From the human T2T-CHM13v2.0 reference genome, Homo sapiens, in NCBI RefSeq assembly GCF_009914755.1, contig NC_060944.1: a stretch of 64,000 bases of DNA, one strand, 5' to 3'. The notes beneath the pieces were generated by a model. The model saw only the letters and a list, made by a program, of their open reading frames with translations, searched no databases and had not been told where the DNA came from. Both the position numbers and the translations under genes were made by a program. Below are positions 15,133-32,773 of this stretch, in pieces (position 1 is the stretch's first letter; each line of letters opens with the position of its first letter).

Positions 15133-16015
15133 TGTTTCATTTATTAATTTATTGCCTCTCATCTCTAAATGCAGCCTTCCATGTATACTCTATGATAAAC
15201 AACAGGATTGGTTTAAGTATTTCTTCAAGGTGAATATGAGGGTAAGCTTTCTCAGTAGACTGTGCTGGAGGGACATTGTAGGAGGTAAAGGCTAACTGCA
15301 ATTTCTGGAGAGAGGGTTTGGCAATGGGTGCATGAAGATAACCAGTGGAGCCTGCCCCAGCCATGGGTCAGAACACTATTCCCCTGTGACCTCACAGCCT
15401 CTACCTGGTGATGACCTTTCTGTAGTCCTCTTGGTGATAACCTTTCTGTAGTCCTCTCAACATGAAAACCAAAACTCCCAGGCAGTCTACACAAAGACCT
15501 GTGGTGCAATGGGTCATACACTACGCAGCCTTTCCAAAAGACCCCATGCAGCCTGTGCAAGCAGCCAAGGGCCCAGGCAATCCATACAGAGCTTCTTCTC
15601 CCTTTGCAAGTCCCCATGCAGCCCACATGCTCTGAAGACCTTTGCTGCCACTGGCACCTGAACTCCTACAGCATGTCCGTACCACCAGTTCTTGATCACC
15701 TGTTCCCTCCCTGCACTCCATGGAGATGCCTATCATTTGCTCAGAATTTCCAGACCATCTCTGGTCTAGCTAAACTACTGTACTTCTCTGCCATCTGGCA
15801 ATCTGGTGGTTCAACCTTACCTTCTCCTCCAAGGTCCAAACTCCCTTCCACATTTGTTCTTCTCTGGATACTCTCCCTTAGTCCTAAGGTACTATATAGA
15901 TTTACCCTCACATCTTATACTTAACTCCTTTACTATAGTTAATATTCTCATAATAAGCATCCCCTGTCTAACCTACTGTGTTGTTTCTACTTTGTCATTG
16001 GTCTCAAATTCTATA
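15133..16015 (+). mobile_element. 3' LTR, MER74/MER73/MER54 group (ERVL)
   Basis: Starts with TG directly after the PPT-like GTGGTGGAC. Colinear with 1961-2793 (e.g. TTTGCTCAGAAT and CCTTTACTATAGTTAATA are shared). Confidence 0.75.
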
Positions 16016-16779
16016 ATAATCTTCTTGATTCAATATTCTTTGGATATAAAAAAGGAAAAAAAAAGGTACTCATTACTTTTGGGGAGGACCATGAGATTAG
16101 GTTTGGATGTTGAAGATATTTTATTCTTCTTCATAATACTTGAAATTTTCATATGGAAACTATTTCATAGGATACACAGACAACAAAATCATTGAACAAA
16201 AAGTTGTGCCTTTTGATATGCTGAAATAATCATTAACATGCACATAATTATTAGGAATTAATAATTCTAATTAACATTAATATTATTAGAATATAATTAT
16301 TCTGAACCTAATTATAAAGAATAATAATTTATTAATATAATCAGCAAAACTCATTTGCATTTATATATCAATTACATTTCTGGGTATTGCTTGTCATATA
16401 ACTGGCCCGGTCTATCTGTAACTTTATCTTCTAATTAAAGATAAGCCACAGCTAAATATCTCGTTGCAGCCAAATGCCAGATGGAAGGGCAAATATGATT
16501 TAGAGAAATTCTGCTAATCATTACTTTTCAACCTATGTTGGTTAACTTTTCACAGGATCAGGGTAGCAAAGGTTTGAAAAATGTAATTTTTCATTATTCC
16601 TCCAATAGAACATTATTTTTAAAAATACTGAATTTATAAGTATTAGTGCGGTTTCAACCACATTTAAAAGATATCACTAAGTTTTCAAGGAGCTTACATC
16701 CCTTTCTATGTTTAGCACTCATATTGGTTGCTAAACCATTGAAAAAGTTTAATATTTTATCCCTGGCATATCACCTTTG

Positions 16780-16781
<2 letters not shown>

Positions 16782-16826
<45 letters not shown>
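16782..16826. repeat. (AC)22 microsatellite
   Basis: Perfect dinucleotide run. Confidence 0.97.
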
Positions 16827-16829
<3 letters not shown>

Positions 16830-17194
16830 CTGATACATTGTTATAAAGCTAAGTTAAAAGTTCTGAAGCCTGGAAATTCTAGAATAAGTATCAACTACAT
16901 GTTGCATTTTCTAAAATGTTTTACAAAAGCCTACAGACTTGGTGTTAGAATTCTTTAATAAAACCCTCACGTCTCATGTCCGTCTGATAAAAAAAATTAG
17001 AAAGGAAAAAAGAATGAGAAGTCTTAGATATGGCGGACATTGTTGAATTCTCTAACTCTTTTGACCTCAAAGTTTCTGGTTGATAGGGAATATAATTAAA
17101 ATGTAGAATTCACAGCAATTAGTCTTTTGTGTCTGATTTTTGCATATCTCGGAATAGATATAAGTTAAAATACTCCTATTAAAATTACAATGGA

Positions 17195-17987
<793 letters not shown>

Positions 17988-17988
17988 T

Positions 17989-18028
<40 letters not shown>

Positions 18029-18086
18029 CACTCTCATATATATGTATGTGTGTGTATATATATATATACACTCTCATATATATGTA

Positions 18087-18139
<53 letters not shown>

Positions 18140-18176
18140 TCTCATATATATGTATGTATGTATATGTATGGCACTC
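17989..18176. repeat. Compound (TG)n(TA)n microsatellite with a higher-order unit
   Basis: Three units of (TG)n(TA)n-CACTCTCATATATATGTA. Confidence 0.95.
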
Positions 18177-18199
18177 TCCTATATAACCAACCAGAGTAT

Positions 18200-19230
18200 A
18201 AAAAGGTACAACCCCCTTGGAAAACTAACAGTAAATATAGCTACCCCATGACCCAGCAATTCCATTCCAATGTATCTAACCAAAGAGAAATGAGTACATG
18301 TACTCACAAATAAACTTGTACAAAACTTTTCATAGCAGTCTTATTCATAAAAGCCAAGTCATAGGGAAAGAACAAAACAAAACAAATATCCATCGACAGA
18401 ATAATGAAAGGACAAACTGATGTTTTCCTACAATGGAATACAACAAAGTAATGAAGAAAAGAAATTAGTGATACATGTACAGTGAGTTGAATATTTGTGT
18501 TCCCTCCATTCGTATGTTGAAATCCTAACCACCAAGGTGATGGTACTAGGAAATGTGGCCTTTGAACGTTGTGTAATTATTACAACAAATTATTACAACA
18601 TTGTGTAATAATTTGAAGGGTGGTTAGTTCATGAGGGTGAAGCCCTCATTAACAGTATTCGTACCCTTATAAAATAGGCCAGGGAGACCCCTCACCCCTT
18701 CCATCACATGAGGATACAGTGAGAAGGTGCCATCTGTGAACCAGGAGGAAGGCCCTTATCAGACACCAGATCTGCCTGGCACCTTGATCTTAGACTTCCC
18801 AATGTCCAAAACTGTGATAATTAAATTCCTATTGTTCATAATCCACTCAGTTTGTGGTATTTTGTATGACAACTTGGATGTACTAAAATAATGTACTAAA
18901 ATAATATGCAACAAGTTGGATAAATAAATCTAGTTATTTGGATAAATAAATCAACTTAGCCAGTCACGAAAGTTGGTAAACTAAAGAATCCCATGAAGTT
19001 CGAAAGCAGATGAAACTAATCTGCAGTGACAGGAAACAGAACAGTTGGTGCCTGAGGATGGGGATAGCATGAGGATTGACTAGGAAGGGTCACGAGAGAA
19101 TTTTGTGGGGCCCTAGAAATATTCTAGATCTTTATTGGGGTGACAGTCACATGAATATACATATTTGTCTTAATAAAACTATACACATAGAGTCATGCAT
19201 TTGCTATATGTAAAATACTATGATCTAAAT
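18200..19230 (+). mobile_element. L1ME/MD-like 3' fragment split by an MLT1A LTR
   Basis: CCATGACCCAGCAATTCCA..TTCATAGCAG..TTATTCATAAAAGCC and ACTAGGAAGGGTCACGAGAGAATTTTGTGGG. Confidence 0.7.
18476..18890 (+). mobile_element. MLT1A-like solo LTR
   Basis: ATTCGTATGTTGAAATCCTAACCACCAAGGTGATGGTACTAGG...GGCACCTTGATCTTAGACTTCC. Confidence 0.85.
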
Positions 19231-19429
19231 AAATGAGTTCATAAATTAATACATATATAGCATCAATTTTAAAATACTTGCTAATTGTCTTCTACCCTAC
19301 TACTAATTATTACTATTATTACTACTTGTGTTTTTTGATATCAAATGCCAAATGTCTATCTCACAGCTGTGAGTGGGGTGGGAATGGCTTAGAGTAAAAA
19401 GAAGATAATAGCCTGTAATTATTTAGTAT

Positions 19430-19630
19430 TATGAGTTCTGGAGGCCCACTGTGGTTGAATCTAGGCTCAGCTGCTTGCTGGCTCTGCAAATTTAAGCAAG
19501 TCTGCTTAAATTCTTCTAAACCTTTGTTCCCATTCTAAATACACAGGTAATGTACCTCTCACAGTTTTTTTCTTCTTTTTGAGAATTAAAACATTTGTAA
19601 GATAACCTATGACATGTAATAACTACATAT
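19430..19630 (+). mobile_element. MIR
   Basis: GGTTGAATCTAGGCTCAGCTGCTTGCTGGCTCTG..AGCAAGT..CTTAA core. Confidence 0.65.
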
Positions 19631-19914
19631 CTACTGTTTTTATTTTAATCATATAAATTCTTGCCGATTTTTGCAGGCTATGTTGAAATGTAGTTTTAAT
19701 TTGATTTTTGGCATTATTATTTTATAGTCTTGCCTACGTACTTTTTATGTGTTTGTGCTTAAGGGATTTATAGGAAATTACTTTCATATTAACTCACTTT
19801 ATCTTTTGATTACTGTTTATGGATAATCACTCTGGTGACTGGTTGACTTTTCTGAACGTTATTATTACCACAGTCAACATGATTCGTATAATTTCCTAGG
19901 AAATTAAAAGCTTA

Positions 19915-20030
19915 CTAAAGTGTAAGCTGCTTGAGAGCAGAAACTGCTATATCCATGGTTATAGCCATCTCTTATGCACATGGATCTAGCATATTGTACA
20001 AGCCTAATAAATATTGATGAAGTCAATAAA
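19915..20030 (+). mobile_element. L2 3' end
   Basis: TGTAAGCTGCTTGAGAGCAG...AATAAATATTGATGAA. Confidence 0.6.
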
Positions 20031-20902
20031 TCAATATATTTGGGAAAAAAAAAAAAACTAGACCTGTATCATGCCCAAACTAATTTCAAAAGGTTGATAG
20101 TATATATATATTTCATACAATGCACTAATAATTTCTAAAATAGTAGTCTCAAGATGAACTTTGCATCCAGAAAAGGGTTTTGTACCTGGGTCAGAGATAC
20201 TTTTCTTTGGATGCATAAGACTTCGTGTGATCACAGGACAGCAGCCTCGGAATGGTGTTATCATGGCTGGAGGTGGCTGGAGGGATATAAGCAGGATCTA
20301 AGAAATCTGTTCGATACAGGAAAACCTTCACTACCAGTGGCAGAAGGCCAAAAAAGGGCATTGGATCAACTTCTGGGCTCCTACAAATTTCTGTGAAATT
20401 TGTCAGATTATTTTTCCTCTAGTATTGTAATTGAATGGAGCTCAAAGTCAAAACCACTCCTTTGCTCTTTTGACACCCTTGCTTTTTTTAAAAAAAAAAA
20501 AAACTTGTTTCCCCATTTTTATGTTAATGGAATTTTATCTATTGCTTTACTTCCGCAGCAGATGACAAAATCCAGACTTCAGATACAGCCACAGATTAAT
20601 CTAAAAGACTTCTGGATTAAATATCCTGTCAAAAAGCATAGTTGAAATGCTAATTCTACAGAAGTATTTGGACCAGTGAGATATAAGGAAAATAGGCTGA
20701 ATTGTGAGACATGTGAACATTTTTAAAAATGTTTATTTTCACTAAATGAAAACCAGAGAGAAAAGGAAAGCTCGTGTAAAATAGTTTAAAGAAGCAAATG
20801 TTTGTGGAATTCATTTTGATACTGTAAATTGTAAAAAACAATTCTGAAATCAGATTATATCTATACCTATCTATCCAAGTGTGCATTTTAAAAGGCGGCA
20901 TT

Positions 20903-21255
<353 letters not shown>

Positions 21256-21439
21256 TTATTACCTAACAAAATTGAAGAGGGAGGTACAACTGGAATTTTA
21301 TATATGTAATATTTAATATATGTTATAAGTATATTTAATGTTATGTATGCTTTATATAATTCTTTGGAAATGCTAATATCCTTCTCAAGAAGCATGATAC
21401 TTGAAATGTAATGTTATGCATTGCTTTGAAATGATATTA

Positions 21440-22050
21440 GATATGACCACAAGAAAACTGACAGACAAGCTTAAACCAAGGGTCATTCTACAAAACAATG
21501 TCTTGTAATTCTCAGTTATAACAATTTGAAGAAAGAGAAGGAAAGGTAAGGATTAATGCAGATTGAGGGAGAGTAAAGAGACATATCAACTTTGTGAAAA
21601 GTATGATCCTGGGCTGGATCCTGCATCATTGGGAAGAAGAAAGGACAGTATTGGAACAATTGGCAAAAATTAGATTCAGACTGTAGGTTAGATAGTAGTA
21701 TTGTAACAGTGCCAAATTTCTTACATTTAATCATTGTATCATGATTGGGTAAAAAAATACATTTGTTCTTAAAAAATACATGCCAGAGGATTTAAAGACA
21801 GAGTCATGGTGAATACAACTTACTTGTAAGTGGTTCAATGAACAAAACATCACAGTTACATGATATTTATACCCATATTGATACTGTTAGCCACATTTAC
21901 GTCTATATCTATAAAGAGAAAAAGAAAAATTGGTAAAACAAATGTGAAAAATAGTAACAATTTGCAAATCTAGGTGAAAAGTATTTGGCAATTCATTGTA
22001 TTTTTACAATTTTTTCTGTACTTTTTTTTTCTAATACAGTGTTGTTTAAA
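21440..22050 (+). mobile_element. L1MC/L1ME-like 3'UTR fragment
   Basis: TATGATCCTGGGCTGGATCCTG...TTGGAACAATTGGCAAAAATT...TTAGATAGTAGTATTGTA. Confidence 0.6.
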
Positions 22051-22290
22051 AGAATGAGATTGGGAGATAGTTTTAAGTGCTACAGGCATAGCTAGGGTAA
22101 TTCTGCTTATGAAACAGGACAACTGCAATGTGATATATGTCACAGGATGGTTTCAACTAAATGTTCTTTTCGAATGTACTATTAATTAGTGCAATGATAT
22201 CACCGAGACCCAGGAAATTGACTCATTACCAATATTAAAAGAAAAAAAAACTTCAAAGATAAGCCTGTAATGCCATAAAATAGATTTTTA

Positions 22291-22584
<294 letters not shown>

Positions 22585-22773
22585 TAGGTTTTTCAAATTT
22601 AATTTTAAAATAGTAAAAGTGGTTGTATTTTACTGTGACCAAAATAACAACAGCTAGATTGAATTTTTCAATTTCAGAAATGCTGTTGAGACTCGTGTAG
22701 CCAATTCAGCCAGTCCAGATTGTTGAGTTGAGCTGAATTTAACTTAGAGTTAATCTAGCACTATTGATTTGAC

Positions 22774-22823
22774 TAGTATAGACTCAACCAGACATTCATA
22801 GTATAGACTCAACCAGACATTCA
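22774..22823. repeat. Perfect 25-bp tandem duplication
   Basis: TAGTATAGACTCAACCAGACATTCA x2. Confidence 0.95.
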
Positions 22824-24685
22824 TGATTCATGTGGGTTAATGTTCAGAGTATTACCGTTATGTGGTTAAGTATGAGGAAAAAAAAGTCCTAAAACAATTT
22901 ACTTTTCTTCATAATAATCTCTCTCTGATCCCCCAAGCCCTGTCCTTGGTCTCTTCTTCTCCCTCTCTCTCCTTCTCTGTCAGTACTCATGTGAGCACAT
23001 GCTCTTTGTTGTCATAGACTAGTAAAAGTATATTTAAAGTAGGACTGTTGCTTCATGCTTTTTTGTTGCTTGGGGGAAAGCATATACCACTTGCAGCTTG
23101 TGTCACTTAGATGTTGTAGCCTTTGCAGCTAATGGAAAGTGGCAGTACAGGATATCTTTTTCTGTCCAGTGTCAAAAAATTGGCCTTTGTTTGGTCAACT
23201 TTCAGGAACTTCCATTTACTCCAGTGGAAAATGAAACACTTGTGAAATAAAGAAATATTGTCTTCAATGGGAAATGCATTCCATGTGCGGTATATATCAT
23301 ATTATGACAGATTTTATTGAGACTGTACTATTTTTATTCACAACATGAATGCAAGACTTTTTTCAGGGGTCTGCATTATAAGGCAGTGGTTATTTGCATT
23401 TGTGAGAAGAGACAAAAAATGTTTAATGTTTTTATAGTTAAATATCATTTTTAATTCAAGTTCTCAATAAAATACTTCCACCTCTTGTATATAAAGTTTG
23501 TTTCAAATAGGAAAAGTCTGTTTTTCTTAGGTGCAGTAACAAGAGTTTAAGGATGGAAGATGAGAGGACATGTCAGTGTCCATATCGTGTCATTCTTGTG
23601 AAACTTGCCAATCCATGATGGCTTTATCCTTCCACTTATCTACACTTACTGAGCAAGTGGCGTTACAAAGTCCAAGATTCTGGAGGAGCATGGATAGGGG
23701 TGCCTCAGAGTGGTCTGACATGCTTAATATTTAGAGAATTTACAAGCCATGGCGCAGAATCCTGGAGATATTTGCAGTGAGAATGGAAATTTGGTAGTTA
23801 ACATGTTCCAGGAGCGGGAGAGCAGTAGGAGTTGGAATGGTTTGATTAGTTAGTTGTCATTAGCTAGAACCACAGAACTTACAAAAGGAGGAGAAAGCTG
23901 GAGACATGCAGATCTATCCTGACCATCCTGATACCCTAATGAAATGTATGAATTCAGTTCTTAGAAACCTATGTGTGCGCATGTGCCAGCTGGAGGAATC
24001 TGCAGATCTCTGAGGACTGTCTGTGGACCCTGTTTAGAGTTTCAGCAGGTGATAAAACGTTAACCAGGTTTACATAGGCCTCTGTCCTTTTAACATTCCA
24101 TCCTTTCTTCCTTATGAAGCTTTAAAGTCTCCCCAGTAATTTTAAGAGTCAACCGCTAGCCCTTTGAGACTTTATTAAGTACAGTAATTCCATTGCCCTA
24201 AACATAAACTCTTTGACACATCCCCTGACAGTAATCTATTCCTTGCAGAGTTTAGGGGCCTCAGCAGCCACAGAATGTTTTCATTATAGAGCTCTGGGCT
24301 TCCTCTTGTCTGAGGCTTTAAGTAATGATGAGATCCCTTAAGTTCAACTACTTCACAAAAACTGCATTGCAATCCTAGGCCCAGTTTGCTTCAGAGGAGT
24401 ACAGAGCCCTAAGCTGATGATCAGGCTCTATCTAAGAAATCTTGGATTTAATATCTGCCTTTATCCTTTTCAATCTCCCCACTGCAACTAAAAGATCTTC
24501 AACCTGTTTTCTTAATTGTTTCGGAATAAGTCTAGGAAGTTGAGCTTTATTACCCAGAGGGAGCCTAGCATTTATTTATTGTATTCGACTGTTATGTAAA
24601 CTAAATGACTATTGTTACAGCTTCCGTGTGTATTTCAAAGAGCATTGTCATTTATTTTTCTGTGCTTTAACAATTCTGTATAGCT

Positions 24686-24860
24686 CAGAGGTTCACCACG
24701 TAAAGGGAAACCCAGGACCAGTGGCAGCAGAGATACACCCTGGAAGCTTGTCAGAAATGCCAGAATCTCAGGTCCTGCACCAGACTTGCAGAATCAGGAC
24801 CTGCCCTTCACCAAAACCCACAGAGATTTTAATGTATTCGAAGGTTTGGGAAACTCTGGG
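24686..24860. mobile_element. MER5-type hAT DNA transposon relic
   Basis: CCTGGAAGCTTGTCAGAAATGCCAGAATCTCAGGTCC..CCAGAC..GAATCAG. Confidence 0.75.
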
Positions 24861-25388
24861 GAGACAACAGCATTTAGTTGATGCTTCCGAATTACTTTGC
24901 CTACGAAGTAGGAATCTGATTAACATATTTTCTACCACCCAACCAGAGTGCTTAGCATAAAAATTATTCTGATAACTAAATTGTTTTTCTGCTAAGTTAA
25001 ACTTCATTTGGGAAACTGTCTTGTATTTTTATTTCAAACTGCTAAAATGTCAAAAAAAAAAAAAAAAACAAACTACTATCCACTAGCCATTCATTCTTTA
25101 AGAAATTAGGATCCTATAATCCAGACTTATAAGAAAAGTTCTCAGCACCTAGGATAGTGACAGGTCCTGCCCTATATTAGATGCCTTCGTGAGGTGAGTC
25201 TTGCTTGTCGTCTTTTCCCCATAAAAGCAGGTGGTCCAACGTGGTCATCAGTCTCATCTACAGCAATGACACACACTAGGCCCACACTCAGGCCTGTTTC
25301 GCTGTAAATTTCCTCCTTGTTCCACTATTCCGCATAGGATAAAATTCAGAAACGTAGGAAGACTTCAATTCCAAGCCATTGTCTAGCT

Positions 25389-25628
25389 CAGGAGTTTTCA
25401 ACCTCGGCACGACTGATTTCGAGACTGAATACTTCTTTGCTATGGGAGGCTGTCCTGTGCATTGCAGGATGTTTACCACATCCCTGGCCTCTCCCCACTA
25501 GATGGCACACAACCATTCCCTCATCACCACTCTACTTCATCCACCCTCCCCCGCCGTTGGGACCACACAGAAGTCTCCAGACACTGTGAAATATCCCCTG
25601 CGGGAGAATCTCCTGTAACTGAGAACTG
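25389..25628 (+). mobile_element. MER20 hAT DNA transposon
   Basis: TCAACCTCGGCAC..GGCTGTCCTGTGCATTGCAGGATGTTTA..CCCTGGCCTCT.CCCACTAGATG..TGAGAAC. Confidence 0.85.
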
Positions 25629-25949
25629 ATCTACAAATATGTGAATATGTGCAGTTTTATTTATTCCTAGCTTTAATATGATTTTCTCTATCACCTAACT
25701 CTTCCTCATAAGACTGCTCCACTCTATTAAATAGAGGTTCCAGGGACGAAAGCTTTAAGCCTTCCACAGTTGACACCAGTTTGTTTGCTCCACTTTCTTA
25801 GAGTTCCATACTTTCACAGAGACAAAAGGGCATTCAGCGTCTGCTTAATTATCTTAACAGGTGTGTTCACAAGTTATGAGTCTTGTTCTTCTTCAGTGGT
25901 TGCATTAGAAGCATTGCCTGTGGGAAGGTAAAGAGATACCTATATTATG

Positions 25950-26160
25950 GAAAAAGTTTTGGTTTAGAAATTAAATGTGCAGACTTTGAAGCCACATTTC
26001 CCTCCACCACATCCTAGCTGAGTGGTCTTGGGTAAGTTACCTCCTGTTTGTTTTCTCTGTGAAACAGAGTCCAAGCAGATAGTGTTATTTTAACAATTAA
26101 ATGATATATCCCATCAATACTTAGAATCATGTCTAACGCAGGGAAGATCAATAATCATTT
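25950..26160 (+). mobile_element. MIR
   Basis: CTAGCTGAGTGGTCTTGGGTAAGTTAC core. Confidence 0.6.
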
Positions 26161-27600
26161 ATTATTATTATCCCTTCAACAATTATGTATAACTTAGGAT
26201 CTTGTCTGGGACAGAAGGCGATCCAAGATTTCTTGCATAAATACATACTCCATGGTCATGACTTTTATTCCGATCAAAGTTGTAGGCTATGTTTTGCATA
26301 TTTAAATTGCATCATTTTAACATTGGAATATTACCATGGAATTTTCTGTCCTGGAGTTGGAAATATACTTAAACATGTGAGTTGATTGTTAGAATCCACT
26401 ACCCTTTATTCAATTCATAAAACATTCAGAATTGAGTGAAACTAATCAACGTGTGAGAGATTTACCTTTGAAGCTTTGGTTGTGGGGAGTGGAGTAGTAA
26501 ATTGAAGGGATTCCAAAGAGGCTTCTTGGGATATTCCTGTTGCTTTTTTTTTTTTTTTTTAACCTGGGAACAGGATACATGGAAGTGTTCAGTTTGTGAA
26601 AATCAATTGAGCTGTTCACTTTTCTTTATCTATTTATAGTTCCATAAAATTTCAAATATACATACAGATCAATTAGAGAAAAATAAAAACCTTGTTCTAC
26701 ACCTAACCATATTGTTTAGAGAACAGTTGAGAGTACCAGAAATAATACATTCTTTGGTATTTTGTTGAATTATGGCTCTTGTATTATTCAGATGGTTTTC
26801 TAGAGAAGTCTGACTTCATAAACTCTGTCTGCATTTGTGTTGTAAATACGGGATGGGCTGTGAAACGAAATTATTATATGGTTGTTTATATTAACCTAGC
26901 CAAACACAAACCTGAATTTTTTTAACCCAGACATAATATTGAGAAGTACTACTTGGATGACTTAAACTATATTTTTAGCTACTCGTGCTATTGTTAATGT
27001 GAAAAATATAAAACTAAATTATAGGTCCCCCTATTTTCATTATGGGACAATTTTACAGCTGTCAAAAAGTTGTATTTCACACTTCCCACATTCACAAGGC
27101 TACATTCGTACAACAGTTTATAAGTTTTTTTTTTTTTTTGGCTTTTTCCTCAGTAGCTGAAAAGTTGATATAGTAATGATTTTGTTGCAAGGTTGTCAAA
27201 GTAAATAGGCCACACCAAGCATAGACAAGGAATCTTAAATCTCAGAAAAAGACGAAATTTAGTTTATAACCAAGAATGGTAAATAGAGGAGTTGTGGATG
27301 GAATTTCCATATTATGCCCAAACCTCTTGAAAGTCAAATGTTTCAACTTTTCATCCCATTTTTTTTGCTCTGGAACTGCTACAGAGGAGTCCATTTGACT
27401 GACAGGGGTTCCATGCTTTTTTGTGTCTTCTGCCCTGTCTTATATGGAAGTGCCAATAAGCAGAGAACCAATGGTAAGATCCAAGGTCACACAGCAGGCT
27501 GAGGAATAGATGAGGCCGTTGCAAACCTGGTTAAACTTTCAATAAGACCAGCAGCTCACATAGTTTAGAGAAGATTGATTGTGAAAACTTAGTAGAACAT

Positions 27601-27603
27601 GAC

Positions 27604-27612
<9 letters not shown>
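27601..27612. repeat. L1HS target-site duplication, 3' copy
   Basis: GACAAAATTTTT is identical to 33666-33677. The empty site reads TTTT/AA, the L1 endonuclease consensus. Confidence 0.93.
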
Positions 27613-27634
<22 letters not shown>

Positions 27635-27865
27635 AGAGTCTTTTTTTTTTTTTTTTTTTTATTATACTCTAAGTTTTAGGGTACATGTGCACATTGTGCA
27701 GGCTAGTTACATATGTATACATGTGCCATGCTGGTGCGCTGCACCCACTAATGTGTCATCTAGCATTAGGTATATCTCCCAATGCTATCCCTCCCCCCTC
27801 CCCCGACCCCACCACAGTCCCCAGAGTGTGATATTCCCCTTCCTGTGTCCATGTGATCTCATTGT

Positions 27866-31720
<3,855 letters not shown>

Positions 31721-31756
31721 TTAGTTGATGCAGTTTCTTCCTAGTCTCGATGGTCT

Positions 31757-32773
31757 TTACATTTTGGCATGATTTTGCAGCGGCTGGTACCGGTTGTTCC
31801 TTTCCATGTTTAGCGCTTCCTTCAGGAGCTCTTTTAGGGCAGGCCTGGTGGTGACAAAATCTCTCAGCATTTGCCTGTCTGTAAAGGATTTTATTTCTCC
31901 TTCACTTATGAAGCTTAGTTTGGCTGGATATGAAATTCTGGGTTGAAAATTCTTTTCTTTAAGAATGTTGAATATTGGCCCCCACTCTCTTCTGGCTTGT
32001 AGGGTTTCTGCCGAGAGATCCGCTGTTAGTCTGATGGGCTTCCCTTTGAGGGTAACCCGACCTTTCTCTCTGGCTGCCCTTAACATTTTTTCCTTCATTT
32101 CAACTTTGGTGAATCTGACAATTATGTGTCTTGGAGTTGCTCTTCTCGAGGAGTATCTTTGTGGCGTTCTCTGTATTTCCTGAATCTGAACGTTGGCCTG
32201 CCTTGCTAGATTGGGGAAGTTCTCCTGGATAATATCCTGCAGAGTGTTTTCCAACTTGGTTCCATTCTCCACATCACTTTCAGGTACACCAATCAGACGT
32301 AGATTTGGCCTTTTCACATAGTCCCATATTTCTTGGAGGCTTTGCTCATTTCTTTTTATTCTTTTTTCTCTAAACTTCCCTTCTCGCTTCATTTCATTCA
32401 TTTCATCTTCCATTGCTGATACCCTTTCTTCCAGTTGATCGCATCGGCTCCTGAGGCTTCTGCATTCTTCACGTAGTTCTCGAGCCTTGGTTTTCAGCTC
32501 CATCAGCTCCTTTAAGCACTTCTCTGTATTGGTTATTCTAGTTATACATTCTTCTAAATTTTTTTCAAAGTTTTCAACTTCTTTGCCTTTGGTTTGAATG
32601 TCCTCCCGTAGCTCAGAGTAATTTGATCGTCTGAAGCCTTCTTCTCTCAGCTCGTCAAAATCATTCTCCATCCAGCTTTGTTCTGTTGCTGGTGAGGAAC
32701 TGCGTTCCTTTGGAGGAGGAGAGGCGCTCTGCGTTTTAGAGTTTCCAGTTTTTCTGTTCTGTTTTTTCCCCAT
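31757..32773 (-). CDS. ORF1: LINE-1 ORF1p, 338 aa RNA-binding protein and nucleic acid chaperone (coiled coil, RRM, CTD)
   Basis: MGKKQNRKTGNSKTQ start. REKG, ARR and YPAKLS motifs are intact. Confidence 0.99.
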   Translation of the reverse strand: MGKKQNRKTGNSKTQSASPPPKERSSSPATEQSWMENDFDELREEGFRRSNYSELREDIQTKGKEVENFEKNLEECITRITNTEKCLKELMELKTKARELREECRSLRSRCDQLEERVSAMEDEMNEMKREGKFREKRIKRNEQSLQEIWDYVKRPNLRLIGVPESDVENGTKLENTLQDIIQENFPNLARQANVQIQEIQRTPQRYSSRRATPRHIIVRFTKVEMKEKMLRAAREKGRVTLKGKPIRLTADLSAETLQARREWGPIFNILKEKNFQPRISYPAKLSFISEGEIKSFTDRQMLRDFVTTRPALKELLKEALNMERNNRYQPLQNHAKM

